DNA of 64,000 nucleotides from a bacterium (GCA_016124515.1 WGNN01000088.1:15392-79391), one strand, 5' to 3'. Shown: positions 36,088 to 45,807, numbered from the stretch's first letter. The notes: generated from the letters alone by a model not told the origin. A program made the numbers and translations.

Positions 36088-36882
36088 CTAATTGTTGATT
36101 GAGGCTGATTTAAATTTTCCCAGATTCTGTAGAATTTCCTTAGCCAGGTTCATGTAGTTGATGGCTCCTTTGCTGGCCGCATCATGAAAAAGTATGGGCT
36201 TGCCAAAACTCGGTGCCTCGCTCAACTTAATGTTGCGGTGCACCACGGTTTTAAACACCAACTCCTGAAAATGCGCTTTCACTTCATCAACCACCTGGTT
36301 TGAGAGGTTGGTTCGTCCATCGTACATGGTGAGCAAAATGCCTTCAATTTCGAGTTCCTGGTTCAGGTTGGTTTGCACTATTTTAATGGTATTCAACAAC
36401 TTGCCCAAACCTTCGAGTGCAAAATACTCGCACTGTACCGGTATAAGCACACTGTCGGCAGCCACCAAGGCATTTACGGTAACTATACCAAGCGAAGGAG
36501 AACAATCAATGATGATAAAATCATAGTCATCCTTGATTTTGTCGAGTGCCCGTTTCATAATTCGGTCGCGGTTGGGCAGGTTTATCATTTCTATTTCTGC
36601 ACCCACCAAGTCAATGTGCGAAGGCATGAGATCCAGAAAATCGATTTCCGATTTCAGTATGATGTCGCTTGGTTCAATGTCTTCAACCATCGCCTCATAC
36701 ACACTTTTTTTGATGTTGCGTGGATCAAAGCCTATTCCCGAGGTGGCATTGGCCTGGGGGTCAGCATCCACCAACAAAGTTTTGTACTCCAAAGCGGCAA
36801 AGCTCGAAGCAAGATTAATGGCTGATGTTGTTTTGCCAACACCGCCCTTTTGATTTGCAAAGGCAATAATTCTACCCATCAA
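36088..36882 (-). CDS. parA: Chromosome partitioning ATPase ParA/Soj
   Basis: 264 aa with the deviant Walker A NQKGGVGKTT and the IIIDCSPSLG motif. Confidence 0.95.
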   Translation of the reverse strand: MMGRIIAFANQKGGVGKTTSAINLASSFAALEYKTLLVDADPQANATSGIGFDPRNIKKSVYEAMVEDIEPSDIILKSEIDFLDLMPSHIDLVGAEIEMINLPNRDRIMKRALDKIKDDYDFIIIDCSPSLGIVTVNALVAADSVLIPVQCEYFALEGLGKLLNTIKIVQTNLNQELEIEGILLTMYDGRTNLSNQVVDEVKAHFQELVFKTVVHRNIKLSEAPSFGKPILFHDAASKGAINYMNLAKEILQNLGKFKSASINN

Positions 36883-37002
36883 TTAATTGATTTCAAATAC
36901 GTTAACACAATTATCAAAGCTACTGCTAAACACTTTCTGCTTCTAAAAAACAGTCCGCTAAAGTACAATAAACCTTCAATTGGCTTCTTGATTTTATGAT
37001 TT

Positions 37003-37031
37003 TGTGGATACCTTTTGGCGGCTGTGGACAA
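37003..37031. promoter_or_regulatory. Two DnaA-box-like 9-mers (8/9 matches) in the parA/purB divergent gap
   Basis: TGTGGATAc lies at 37003-37011 and TGTGGACAA at 37023-37031. The complement of the consensus TTATCCACA is TGTGGATAA. Both boxes have the same orientation and their starts are 20 bp apart. Confidence 0.3.
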
Positions 37032-37157
37032 CGATAATGGCTCTATAACGACCAAAAGCCCATTTGGTCTAAAGTTATTCGAATGAATTAACAATTGGCA
37101 CCTCATTTTGCGCTATCAACTACTTTTGACAGCTGAAATTTTAAAAGATAGAAAGGG

Positions 37158-38519
37158 ATGAGCTTGACTGCCATATCACCAATTGACGGAAGGTACGCCG
37201 CAAAGGTAAAGGAGCTAAAAAACTATTTTTCGGAATATGCTTTGATAAAATACCGCCTTACGGTAGAAATTGAGTACTTTATTGCACTGTGCGAAATGCC
37301 ATTGCCACAGCTTATTAAGTTTCCGGCCAAGGATGTGAAACTGCTCAAGGAACTCATTAAGGACTTTGATGAGGCGGAAGCTGAAAAAGTGAAGGAAATA
37401 GAAAAGGTGACCAACCACGATGTAAAAGCAGTTGAATACTACCTGAAACAGAAATTTGAAGAAATGGGCTTTGGCAATTTCACCGGTTTCATCCATTTCG
37501 GGCTCACCTCGCAAGATATAAACAACACCGCAATACCATTGGCACTGCGCAATTACCTGGAGAAAGTATATATACCTTTTATTGAAGAAGAAATACTCAA
37601 CGAACTGAGTACCATAGCATCGGAGTGGAAAAATGTGCCCATGCTGGCACGCACCCACGGACAGCCCGCCACCCCAACCACCATTGGCCGCGAGCTTTTG
37701 GTATTTGCCGAAAGAATTATACAACAATTGCGCACCTTGAAAAACGTGCCCCATACATGCAAGTTTGGCGGTGCCACTGGTGGACTCAATGCGCACTATG
37801 CCACCTATGCGGCTATCAATTGGAACAATTTTGCCAATGAATTCTGTCTGAAAAAACTGGGACTTGAAAGGCAAAAGTTTACCACACAAATAGAGAACTA
37901 CGATTTTATGGCCAGCATTTTTGACAACCTGCGCCGTATAAACAATATATTGGTTGACCTGAGCCGCGATGTGTGGACCTACGTTTCGATGGATTATTTT
38001 GGTCAACGATCAAAGAAAAACGAGGTGGGTAGCAGCACCATGCCGCACAAAGTAAATCCCATTGACTTTGAGAACGCAGAAGGCAACCTGTTGATGGCCA
38101 ACGCTATCTTTGATTTCCTGGCCAACAAATTACCCGTTTCAAGATTGCAGCGCGACCTGACCGACAGCACGGTGACACGCAATATTGGCGTACCAATGGC
38201 GCATACCACCATAGCACTCAAGTCGTTGAAAACAGGCCTGGGCAAGCTTACGCTAAACAATGAAGTTATAGCAACCGATTTGGCCAACAATTTTGTGGTG
38301 GTAGCAGAGGCTATTCAAACCATTTTGCGAAGAGAAGGATTTCCGGAACCCTACGAGGCGCTCAAAGAATTTACCCGCGGCAAAAAACGCATTTCAAAAG
38401 CCGATATCCATTCTTTTATAGATTCGCTTGATGTGAAAGACATGATAAAAGAAGAGTTGAAGGAGCTGAGCCCGGAAACCTACATTGGAGTAAGCAACTC
38501 GCTCACCGCCTTGAAATAG
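37158..38519 (+). CDS. purB: Adenylosuccinate lyase
   Basis: 453 aa with the fumarate-lyase signature GSSTMPHKVNP. Confidence 0.95.
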   Translation: MSLTAISPIDGRYAAKVKELKNYFSEYALIKYRLTVEIEYFIALCEMPLPQLIKFPAKDVKLLKELIKDFDEAEAEKVKEIEKVTNHDVKAVEYYLKQKFEEMGFGNFTGFIHFGLTSQDINNTAIPLALRNYLEKVYIPFIEEEILNELSTIASEWKNVPMLARTHGQPATPTTIGRELLVFAERIIQQLRTLKNVPHTCKFGGATGGLNAHYATYAAINWNNFANEFCLKKLGLERQKFTTQIENYDFMASIFDNLRRINNILVDLSRDVWTYVSMDYFGQRSKKNEVGSSTMPHKVNPIDFENAEGNLLMANAIFDFLANKLPVSRLQRDLTDSTVTRNIGVPMAHTTIALKSLKTGLGKLTLNNEVIATDLANNFVVVAEAIQTILRREGFPEPYEALKEFTRGKKRISKADIHSFIDSLDVKDMIKEELKELSPETYIGVSNSLTALK

Positions 38520-38599
38520 GCGCATTCCAAGTTTTTCCTACAGATTGATGGGTTTTGGAAGCTGGTTGTAACGTTCAAGCGTGAGGACCGGAAATAAAA

Positions 38600-39146
38600 A
38601 TCCCGTTTTCGCCCCATCCCCCGCCTTCCCCGCAGGGGAAGGAGCTAATTCTACTTGAAATACAATGATTTAACTTAAAGGAAGAAACCAAAAGCGCAAA
38701 GCCAATTTTAGTAAGAGCTTTGGACTTTGGACTTTGGAAATTCACATCCTTTACACTCAATCCCCTACTAGACTAGAACTGACACTTCGTCAATTTAAGA
38801 AGTTAAGAGTTTTCGAAAATTCAGAGCAATTTATCCCGTATAGAAGTGTCAGTTTTTTACATTAAACCCGCCCGATACAAGAAACGCTGATCCAATTTTC
38901 AATTTGCAGTTTTCAATTTTCAATTAGCTCCCCTTTAAACTCATTTTCTCATTTCGCCCCATCCCAGCCTTCCCCACGGGGAAGGAGCTAAATCTCTTGT
39001 AAAACAATGCCATGCTCTCTGAAGGAGAAACTTGGCCCTTAATTTTCAATTGGTCAGTGGACTTTTGGACTTTGGACATTGGACTTCAGACCATAAGAAC
39101 CAGAAACTCCGCCCCTAATTTTCAATTTTTAATTCCCCTTTAAACT
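38600..39146. repeat. Composite intergenic repeat region (~140-bp unit x2, GC hairpins, 7-nt periodic tracts)
   Basis: TTCGCCCCATCCC..GCCTTCCCC(GCA/ACG)GGGAAGGAGCTAA..TCT..TTG.AA.ACAATG occurs near 38607 and again near 38950. CTTTGGA x3 lies at 38717-38737, with degenerate copies at 39061-39089. AATTTTC-type heptamers span 38893-38927. CCCCTTTAAACT occurs near 38929 and 39134. Confidence 0.9.
38776..38857 (+). other. 12-bp perfect inverted repeat with 54-nt interior followed by a T-run (candidate structured RNA, terminator or MITE-like element)
   Basis: AACTGACACTTC (38776-38787) pairs with GAAGTGTCAGTT (38842-38853), and the T-run extends to 38857. The interior contains the palindrome TTTTCGAAAA. 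Confidence 0.3.
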
Positions 39147-39626
39147 TCAAACATCCCCTCCCGCCAGCAGCTTTTTCATTTTTACATGCGGAAGGGTGAC
39201 TTCGGTAAATTCTTCGCCTTCTTGTTCGTAGTTTAATTTCAAATAGTAAGCAACTGCGCTTTGGCGGGCGTGCAGGGTCATGAGCTTGTAGCCGTTTTGG
39301 CGGCTGTATTGCTCGGCAAAAGCTACCATGCGCTGGCCAATGCCTTTGCCTGACCATTTAGGTGCCACCGCCACCTGCCGCATTTTTATCTCATCGGCAT
39401 CATAGGGTTTCAACACAAGGCAGCCCAAAACTTCACGGTCTTTTAAGGCAGCCAAATGCAGTTGCTCATTTTCAGCGAGCAATTCTTCATCGCTGAACTT
39501 AAGGCCAAGTGGTTTGCGCAATACTTCATGGCGCAGCGCCACAGTTTGCCAATAAACGGGGCTTTGGTGCGGTACAAATTGAAGCACCAACCCGCGAAGT
39601 TCTGAAGTGCGGTCTGCAGAGCTCAT
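39147..39626 (-). CDS. GNAT-family N-acetyltransferase
   Basis: 159 aa with motif A (RQVAVAPKWSGKGIGQRMVAFAEQY). Confidence 0.8.
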   Translation of the reverse strand: MSSADRTSELRGLVLQFVPHQSPVYWQTVALRHEVLRKPLGLKFSDEELLAENEQLHLAALKDREVLGCLVLKPYDADEIKMRQVAVAPKWSGKGIGQRMVAFAEQYSRQNGYKLMTLHARQSAVAYYLKLNYEQEGEEFTEVTLPHVKMKKLLAGGDV

Positions 39627-39640
39627 TTGCTGGTTTAGCC

Positions 39641-41194
39641 TTATTTTTTTTCTGCTTCCTTCTTTTCTCCTTCTTTTTCGGCTACCTTTTCGGGGCGCAT
39701 TTGCGGAAAGAAAAGTACTTCCTGAATTGAAGTATTGTTGGTCATCATCATCACGAGGCGGTCAACACCAATGCCCATGCCCGAGGTGGGCGGCATGCCG
39801 TATTCCAAAGCGCGCAAAAAATCCTGGTCTATAAACATGGCCTCATCGTCTCCCCCTTCCATCAGTTTGAGCTGTTCTTCAAATCGCTCCCTTTGGTCAA
39901 TTGGGTCGTTGAGTTCTGAATAGGCATTGGCCATTTCGGTGCCGTTTACCATCAATTCAAAACGCTCAGTAAGCTCCGGATTGTTGCGGTGTTTTTTGCA
40001 CAGCGGCGACATTTCTACCGGATAATCCATAATAAAGGTGGGCTGCACATAGTGTTTCTCACATTTTTCAGAGAAAATTTCGTCAATGAGCTTGCCTTTG
40101 CCCATGCTTTTGTCCACCTCCACATGCAATGCTTTGGCTATTTCGTAAATCTCTTCTTCGCTTTTGCCGGCTAGGTTGTGTCCTGTGTGTTCCTCAATGG
40201 CCCCGAGCATGGTCACGCGTTTGAATGGTCGTTTAAAGCTCAGAACTTTATCGCCAAACTTCACTTCGGTGCTACCATGTACGGCAAGGGCAATTTTTTC
40301 CACCATTTCTTCGGTAAAATCCATCATCCACAAGTAGTCTTTGTAGGCTACATAAATTTCCATTACGGTAAACTCCGGATTGTGGGTGCGGTCCATGCCC
40401 TCGTTTCTGAAGTTGCGCGAAAACTCGTACACACCATCAAAACCACCAACAATCAACCTTTTGAGGTACAACTCGTTGGCAATACGCATATAGAGCGGTA
40501 TGTCGAGCGCATTGTGGTGGGTAATGAAAGGGCGCGCTGCGGCACCACCCGGAATTGGCTGTAGAACAGGAGTTTCCGCTTCAAAATAGCCATGTGCGTT
40601 GAAAAACTCGCGCATGGTGTTTATCACAATATTTCGCTTGATGAAAATGTCTTTAACACCCGGATTCACTACCAAATCAACATAGCGTTGGCGGTAGCGC
40701 TGCTCAGGATTCATAAATCCATCGTGAACCTTTCCTTCTTCATCAACCTTCACCACCGGTAAGGGCTTAATTGATTTAGCTAAAACCGTGAGTTCGGTAA
40801 CGTGTATAGAGGTTTGGCCGGTTTGGGTTTTGAACACGTGGCCTTTTACACCAATAAAATCGCCTATTCCAAGCAGTTTTTTATATACCGTGTTGTACAT
40901 GGTTTTGTCGTCACCTGTACAAATTTCGTCGCGGTTAAAATAGCACTGAATCCTGCCCGAAGCATCCATTATTTCGCCAAACGATGCCTTACCAATAATT
41001 CTACGGCTCATCAAACGCCCGGCTACACACACTTCCTGAAAGTTCTTCTCTTCATCGTTGTATTGCTCGTTAATTTCTTTAGCCGTGGCATTTACCGGAT
41101 ACAGCGCTGCGGGATAAGGTTCAATTCCCAAATCTATTAATTCCTGAAGGTCTTTTCTTCGTTGAATTTCCTGTTCAGAAAGGTGTTGCGACAT
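39641..41194 (-). CDS. lysS: Lysine--tRNA ligase (class II)
   Basis: It has an OB anticodon-binding domain and class II motifs (FRNEG, and GMGIGVDRLVMMMT in motif 3). I moved the start to the Met at 41194 (MSQHLSEQEIQRRK). The C-terminus has a Lys/Glu-rich tail. Confidence 0.95.
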   Translation of the reverse strand: MSQHLSEQEIQRRKDLQELIDLGIEPYPAALYPVNATAKEINEQYNDEEKNFQEVCVAGRLMSRRIIGKASFGEIMDASGRIQCYFNRDEICTGDDKTMYNTVYKKLLGIGDFIGVKGHVFKTQTGQTSIHVTELTVLAKSIKPLPVVKVDEEGKVHDGFMNPEQRYRQRYVDLVVNPGVKDIFIKRNIVINTMREFFNAHGYFEAETPVLQPIPGGAAARPFITHHNALDIPLYMRIANELYLKRLIVGGFDGVYEFSRNFRNEGMDRTHNPEFTVMEIYVAYKDYLWMMDFTEEMVEKIALAVHGSTEVKFGDKVLSFKRPFKRVTMLGAIEEHTGHNLAGKSEEEIYEIAKALHVEVDKSMGKGKLIDEIFSEKCEKHYVQPTFIMDYPVEMSPLCKKHRNNPELTERFELMVNGTEMANAYSELNDPIDQRERFEEQLKLMEGGDDEAMFIDQDFLRALEYGMPPTSGMGIGVDRLVMMMTNNTSIQEVLFFPQMRPEKVAEKEGEKKEAEKK

Positions 41195-41459
41195 GATTTT
41201 TCTTAAAATTTCGCGCAAAGATAGATGCTGCATTGGCATTGCCGCAGACTAAATGGTTTGAATTAAGAATAAGAAGGCTGAGTTTAAATGCCCAAACCTT
41301 AATGGGCGGGTATATTGGGAAAATCAGGTTGACTTTAGATTCGTTTATGGGCCTACAGCCACCAACTATGGCCAACACTTTTCAATTAAAAACACAATGA
41401 AAGTCATTTTTTCAAGTCGGGCAATTGGGTAATGTTGCCTGTAGAAAAAAGCCTTGTCT

Positions 41460-42536
41460 ATGCAATCAGTTCTCGTAACCTATAGCAACCAAAACAACGA
41501 AGTTTATCCGGCCCAAATTGAACTTCCCATCGACCGTCATCCACACAATTTTGTGTTGTTGGCGCATTGTTTTCTCAAAAAGAATGAAGCCCATGCTGTT
41601 CAAATCATCAGCCACTACTTGAGTCGTGCGGGCTTTGGCATTATGCGTGTTGACATGACCGGCACAGGCGAAAGCATTGCGGACTACGAAGGCTTGAACA
41701 CCAAAGACAAAAGTCCCGATATTGAAGCCGCCATTAGTTTTTTGGCAGAAAATTACCAAAAACCAACTGTGGTAGTAGGGCATTCTTTTGGGGGCAACAA
41801 ACTCATAGAGCTTGCGGGTAAAATTGATAGTTTGCGCGCCATTTGCACCATTGGCGCTTCTGAAGCCCATAAAGATACCTTGTTGCGCCTTCAAAAGCCC
41901 CTGCTTATGTTTCATTCTCAAAAAGACCAGGAGGTTCCTTTTGAACAGGCGCTCGATATTTTCACCAAGTCATCGCATCCAAAAAGCCTGATAACCCTTG
42001 AGCATGCCGACCACTTTCTGAGCCATGCCGATGATGCCCGTTATGTAGGTGAAATGCTGGCAGCCTGGGCTTTGCGCTATGTAAAAATTCCGGAGGAAAA
42101 ACCCATAGCCACCGACCAACAAGTGGGTGCACGCCTGGGAGAAAGCGGCTATACCACCGAAATACAAATAGGACGACACCACCTTATTGCCGACGAACCC
42201 GCCGATTTGGGTGGCAATAATTTTGGCCCCAATCCATACGAATTGGTTTCCTCGGGTTTGGCGGCTTGCACGGCCATTACCCTGCGCATGTATGCCAAGG
42301 TAAAAAACTGGAACCTGACCGGTGTAGAAGTATATGTGAGTCATGCAAAAAAACACTGCCCCGATTGCGATGACCCAATCAATACTTCCCCTAAAATTGA
42401 TGAGTTTATCCGCGAAATAAAATTGGAAGGCGAGCTAGACGACAAACAAAGAAAACGCATGCTCGAAATTGCCAACCGCTGTCCCGTGCACAAAACACTT
42501 CATAGCGAAGTGCGGGTAATCTCTTCGTTGGTGTAA
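41460..42536 (+). CDS. Bifunctional alpha/beta hydrolase - OsmC-family fusion protein
   Basis: The N-terminal hydrolase has the nucleophile elbow GHSFGG. The C-terminal ~140 aa are OsmC/Ohr-like (GPNPYELVSSGLAACTAITLRMYA ... RCPVHKTL). I chose the ATG at 41460 over the TTG at 41454. Confidence 0.85.
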   Translation: MQSVLVTYSNQNNEVYPAQIELPIDRHPHNFVLLAHCFLKKNEAHAVQIISHYLSRAGFGIMRVDMTGTGESIADYEGLNTKDKSPDIEAAISFLAENYQKPTVVVGHSFGGNKLIELAGKIDSLRAICTIGASEAHKDTLLRLQKPLLMFHSQKDQEVPFEQALDIFTKSSHPKSLITLEHADHFLSHADDARYVGEMLAAWALRYVKIPEEKPIATDQQVGARLGESGYTTEIQIGRHHLIADEPADLGGNNFGPNPYELVSSGLAACTAITLRMYAKVKNWNLTGVEVYVSHAKKHCPDCDDPINTSPKIDEFIREIKLEGELDDKQRKRMLEIANRCPVHKTLHSEVRVISSLV

Positions 42537-42718
42537 AAATTTCTGTGCAGTCTTCTATTACCGTAAGGTGCCATAAGCAATTATTTAATTGATGTTTGCG
42601 GTCAGGAAGGAGCAAAATGTTGCCAAGTAAGCAATTGCGTGTTGGACGCGAAATCACGATTTGACAAAAAAGCAAGCACACATTCACAACAAACACCTTT
42701 GGTTACATTTGCATTTAT

Positions 42719-43522
42719 ATGCAAACCATTTCACCCAATGCTATAAAGCAAGCTGCCAAAAACATAATGGCGGCCACTGCTACGGGCAAGCCATGCAGCC
42801 CGGTGAGAACACTTATTGGTGACAACGATATAAAATCGGCCTACAAAGTGCAGCACCTTATTAGTCAGGAGCGCTTGTCGGATGGAAAGTCGCTGGTAGG
42901 ACGCAAAATAGGACTCACTTCACTTGCCGTACAAAAACAATTGGGTGTGGACCAACCCGACTACGGTATGTTGTTTAACGACATGGAAGTGATGCATGAC
43001 GGGGAATTGGAATGGAAAAAATGCATGCAACCCAAGGCCGAAGCCGAAATAGCTTTTGTGCTGAAACGCGACCTGAACAGCGAGCACCTGAGCATGGCAC
43101 AGGTAATGCAAGCCATAGATTTTGCCGTTCCCTGTATTGAAATTGTAGGTAGCCGCATTAGCAATTGGGATATAAAAATAACCGACACCATAGCCGACAA
43201 TGCATCAGCAAGCCATTATGTATTAGGACATTACCCAAGGAAATTGAAAGATATTGACCTCATAAATTGCAAAATGAAACTAAGCTGCAATGGCGAGGTG
43301 GTTTCTGAAGGCAAAGGTGCCGCCTGCATGGGCTCACCACTCAATGCCACTTGGTGGTTGGCGCGCGTAATGGCACAATTGGGTCAGCCGCTAAGAAATG
43401 GCGATGTGGTATTGGCCGGTGCCCTGGGCCCCATGTATGCTGCCACGCCGGGAAGCCGTTTTGAAGCCGCCATTGAAGGTTTGGGCACAGTAGCCGTAAA
43501 TTTTGGAAAAGAAGAAGTATAA
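42719..43522 (+). CDS. mhpD: 2-keto-4-pentenoate (2-oxopent-4-enoate) hydratase family protein
   Basis: 267 aa. [26 protein letters not shown] and a C-terminal [12 protein letters not shown] are typical of MhpD/XylJ-type hydratases. Substrate assignment rests on family membership and context only. Confidence 0.8.
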   Translation: MQTISPNAIKQAAKNIMAATATGKPCSPVRTLIGDNDIKSAYKVQHLISQERLSDGKSLVGRKIGLTSLAVQKQLGVDQPDYGMLFNDMEVMHDGELEWKKCMQPKAEAEIAFVLKRDLNSEHLSMAQVMQAIDFAVPCIEIVGSRISNWDIKITDTIADNASASHYVLGHYPRKLKDIDLINCKMKLSCNGEVVSEGKGAACMGSPLNATWWLARVMAQLGQPLRNGDVVLAGALGPMYAATPGSRFEAAIEGLGTVAVNFGKEEV

Positions 43523-43527
43523 TAAAT

Positions 43528-44478
43528 ATGTCAGAAAAATTTAAATGCGCCATCATAGGTTCAGGCAATATTGGTACCGACCTGATGATAAAAATAATGC
43601 GCTACTCCGATATTCTTGAAATGAGTGTAATGGTAGGAATTGATGCCGCATCGGATGGATTGGCTCGCGCCAAACGCATGGGCATTGCCACTACGCACGA
43701 AGGAATTGACGGATTGGTAAAAATGCCCGAATGGTCGGAAATAACCTTTGTATTTGATGCTACTAGTGCCAAGGCACACGTGTACAACTATAATATTATC
43801 AAGCAGTACGAAGGCAAAAAAGTAATAGACCTCACCCCTGCTGCCATTGGTCCGTATTTGGTACCTCCTGTAAATTTTGATGCCAATATTGACATACCCA
43901 ACGTGAATATGGTGACCTGTGGCGGACAAGCCACCATACCCATGGTAGCGGCCGTGTCAAGGGTGGCAAAAGTGCATTACGGCGAACTTGTAGCCTCTAT
44001 TGCGAGTAAATCAGCGGGACCGGGTACAAGAGCCAACATTGATGAATTTACCGAAACCACAGCGCAGGCCATTGAAAAAGTAGGCGGTGCTACCCGCGGA
44101 AAAGCCATTATAATTTTAAATCCGGCAGAACCACCATTGGTTATGCGCGACACGGTTTTTACCCTCAGCGAACCCGCCGATAAGGAGGCTATAAGAAAAA
44201 GTATCCATGACATGGTAGCCGAAGTACAGAAATATGTACCGGGTTATTCGCTGCACCAAGAAGTGCAATTTGAAGATATTCCTGAAACGCATCCCGTATT
44301 TATTGAAGGTGTGGGCAAAGTGTGGGGACTCAAAACCATGGTTTTGTTGCAAGTGGTGGGCGCCGGACACTACCTGCCCGAATATGCAGGAAACCTGGAT
44401 ATAATGACGAGCGCTGCAAAAGCCACAGGCGAAAAAATGGCCATAAACATAATGCAAGTGCAGGAAAACTCTAAATAA
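43528..44478 (+). CDS. mhpF: Acetaldehyde dehydrogenase (acetylating), MhpF/DmpF type
   Basis: 316 aa. It has the NAD motif [13 protein letters not shown] and the catalytic Cys context [12 protein letters not shown]. Confidence 0.9.
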   Translation: MSEKFKCAIIGSGNIGTDLMIKIMRYSDILEMSVMVGIDAASDGLARAKRMGIATTHEGIDGLVKMPEWSEITFVFDATSAKAHVYNYNIIKQYEGKKVIDLTPAAIGPYLVPPVNFDANIDIPNVNMVTCGGQATIPMVAAVSRVAKVHYGELVASIASKSAGPGTRANIDEFTETTAQAIEKVGGATRGKAIIILNPAEPPLVMRDTVFTLSEPADKEAIRKSIHDMVAEVQKYVPGYSLHQEVQFEDIPETHPVFIEGVGKVWGLKTMVLLQVVGAGHYLPEYAGNLDIMTSAAKATGEKMAINIMQVQENSK

Positions 44479-44573
44479 AGTCTTGAACAAAAACCCTTAA
44501 TCCTCTTTAGGAAAATTCAAAACCAACAAACGAATAACTGACAACTGATAATCTCCCCAGAGTCAACACTCGG

Positions 44574-44629
44574 CTGATAACTGATAACTGACAACTGATA
44601 ACTGACAACTGATAACTGATAACTGATAA
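44574..44629. repeat. Heptanucleotide microsatellite (CTGAYAA)x8
   Basis: The array reads CTGATAA CTGATAA CTGACAA CTGATAA CTGACAA CTGATAA CTGATAA CTGATAA. Two further units lie at 44538-44551. The array sits 30 bp upstream of the mhpE-like ATG. Confidence 0.97.
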
Positions 44630-44658
44630 CTGGAAAAAGTCCACCAAAAGCTTAAGAC

Positions 44659-45666
44659 ATGAAACTGTATATACAAGACGTAACACTTAGAGATGGCATG
44701 CACGCCATCAGGCACCAATACAGCAAAGAACAAATTACAGAAATTGCCCTTGCCCTTGATGCCGCAAAGGTTGATGCCATTGAAATAGCCCATGGCGATG
44801 GACTTACAGGTGGTAGTTTCAACTATGGTTTTGGCGCCCACACCGATTGGGAATGGCTTGAAGGCATAGCAGAAAAACTGCAACACGCGCGATTGACCAC
44901 CTTGCTTTTGCCGGGCATTGGCACTATTGAAGACCTGAAAAAAGCCTGGGAATTGGGCGTGGAATCAGTGAGAATAGCCACACACTGCACCGAAGCCGAC
45001 ATTTCGCAACAACACATAGAAGCGGCCAAAAAATTGGGAATGGACGTAGGCGGTTTCCTGATGATGGCACACATGAACGAGCCTAAAAAGCTGGCCGAAC
45101 AAGCCAAACTCATGGAAAGCTATGGTGCTGATTGTGTGTATGTAACCGATAGTGCTGGCGCCCTTTTGATGGACGATGTGGCCGACCGCATGAAGGCTTT
45201 TAAAGATGCACTTGACCCGAATACTGAAATTGGTATTCATTGCCACCACAACCTTGGTTTGGGAGTAGCCAACACCATTGTGGCCATGCAGCACGGTGCC
45301 ACAAGACTCGATGCCAGCTTGGCAGGTATGGGCGCCGGTGCAGGAAATTGCCCTCTTGAAGTACTTATTGCGGTGCTCAACAAAATGGAAGCCAAGCACA
45401 ACTGCGACCTGTACCAGCTGATGGATGCGGCTGACGATTTGATACGCCCACTGCAAACGCGACCTGTGCGAGTGGATAGGGAAACGCTCAGTTTGGGTTA
45501 TGCAGGTGTTTATTCAAGCTTTTTGCTGCACTCTGAAAGAGCAGCCCAACGCTATGGCCTTGATACCCGCGAAATATTGGAAGCGCTTGGAAACCGTAAA
45601 ATGGTAGGTGGACAAGAGGATATGATAGTGGATGTGGCGCTTGATATCAAGAAGTCAAAACAATAA
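44659..45666 (+). CDS. mhpE: 4-hydroxy-2-oxovalerate aldolase, MhpE/DmpG type
   Basis: 335 aa. It has [10 protein letters not shown], the metal ligands [13 protein letters not shown], and a C-terminal communication domain. Confidence 0.9.
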   Translation: MKLYIQDVTLRDGMHAIRHQYSKEQITEIALALDAAKVDAIEIAHGDGLTGGSFNYGFGAHTDWEWLEGIAEKLQHARLTTLLLPGIGTIEDLKKAWELGVESVRIATHCTEADISQQHIEAAKKLGMDVGGFLMMAHMNEPKKLAEQAKLMESYGADCVYVTDSAGALLMDDVADRMKAFKDALDPNTEIGIHCHHNLGLGVANTIVAMQHGATRLDASLAGMGAGAGNCPLEVLIAVLNKMEAKHNCDLYQLMDAADDLIRPLQTRPVRVDRETLSLGYAGVYSSFLLHSERAAQRYGLDTREILEALGNRKMVGGQEDMIVDVALDIKKSKQ

Positions 45667-45807
45667 TTTCCACTAAGGCCTGCTTTCAGAAAGGTAGATT
45701 GACCAATTTGCGTTATTCGAAATTATTATACCGGTGAGCTATGCCTGCGCTATTTGCATTATGTAATGTAGGAAACTCATTTTGACCATGTTCGTATGGC
45801 TGTGCAA

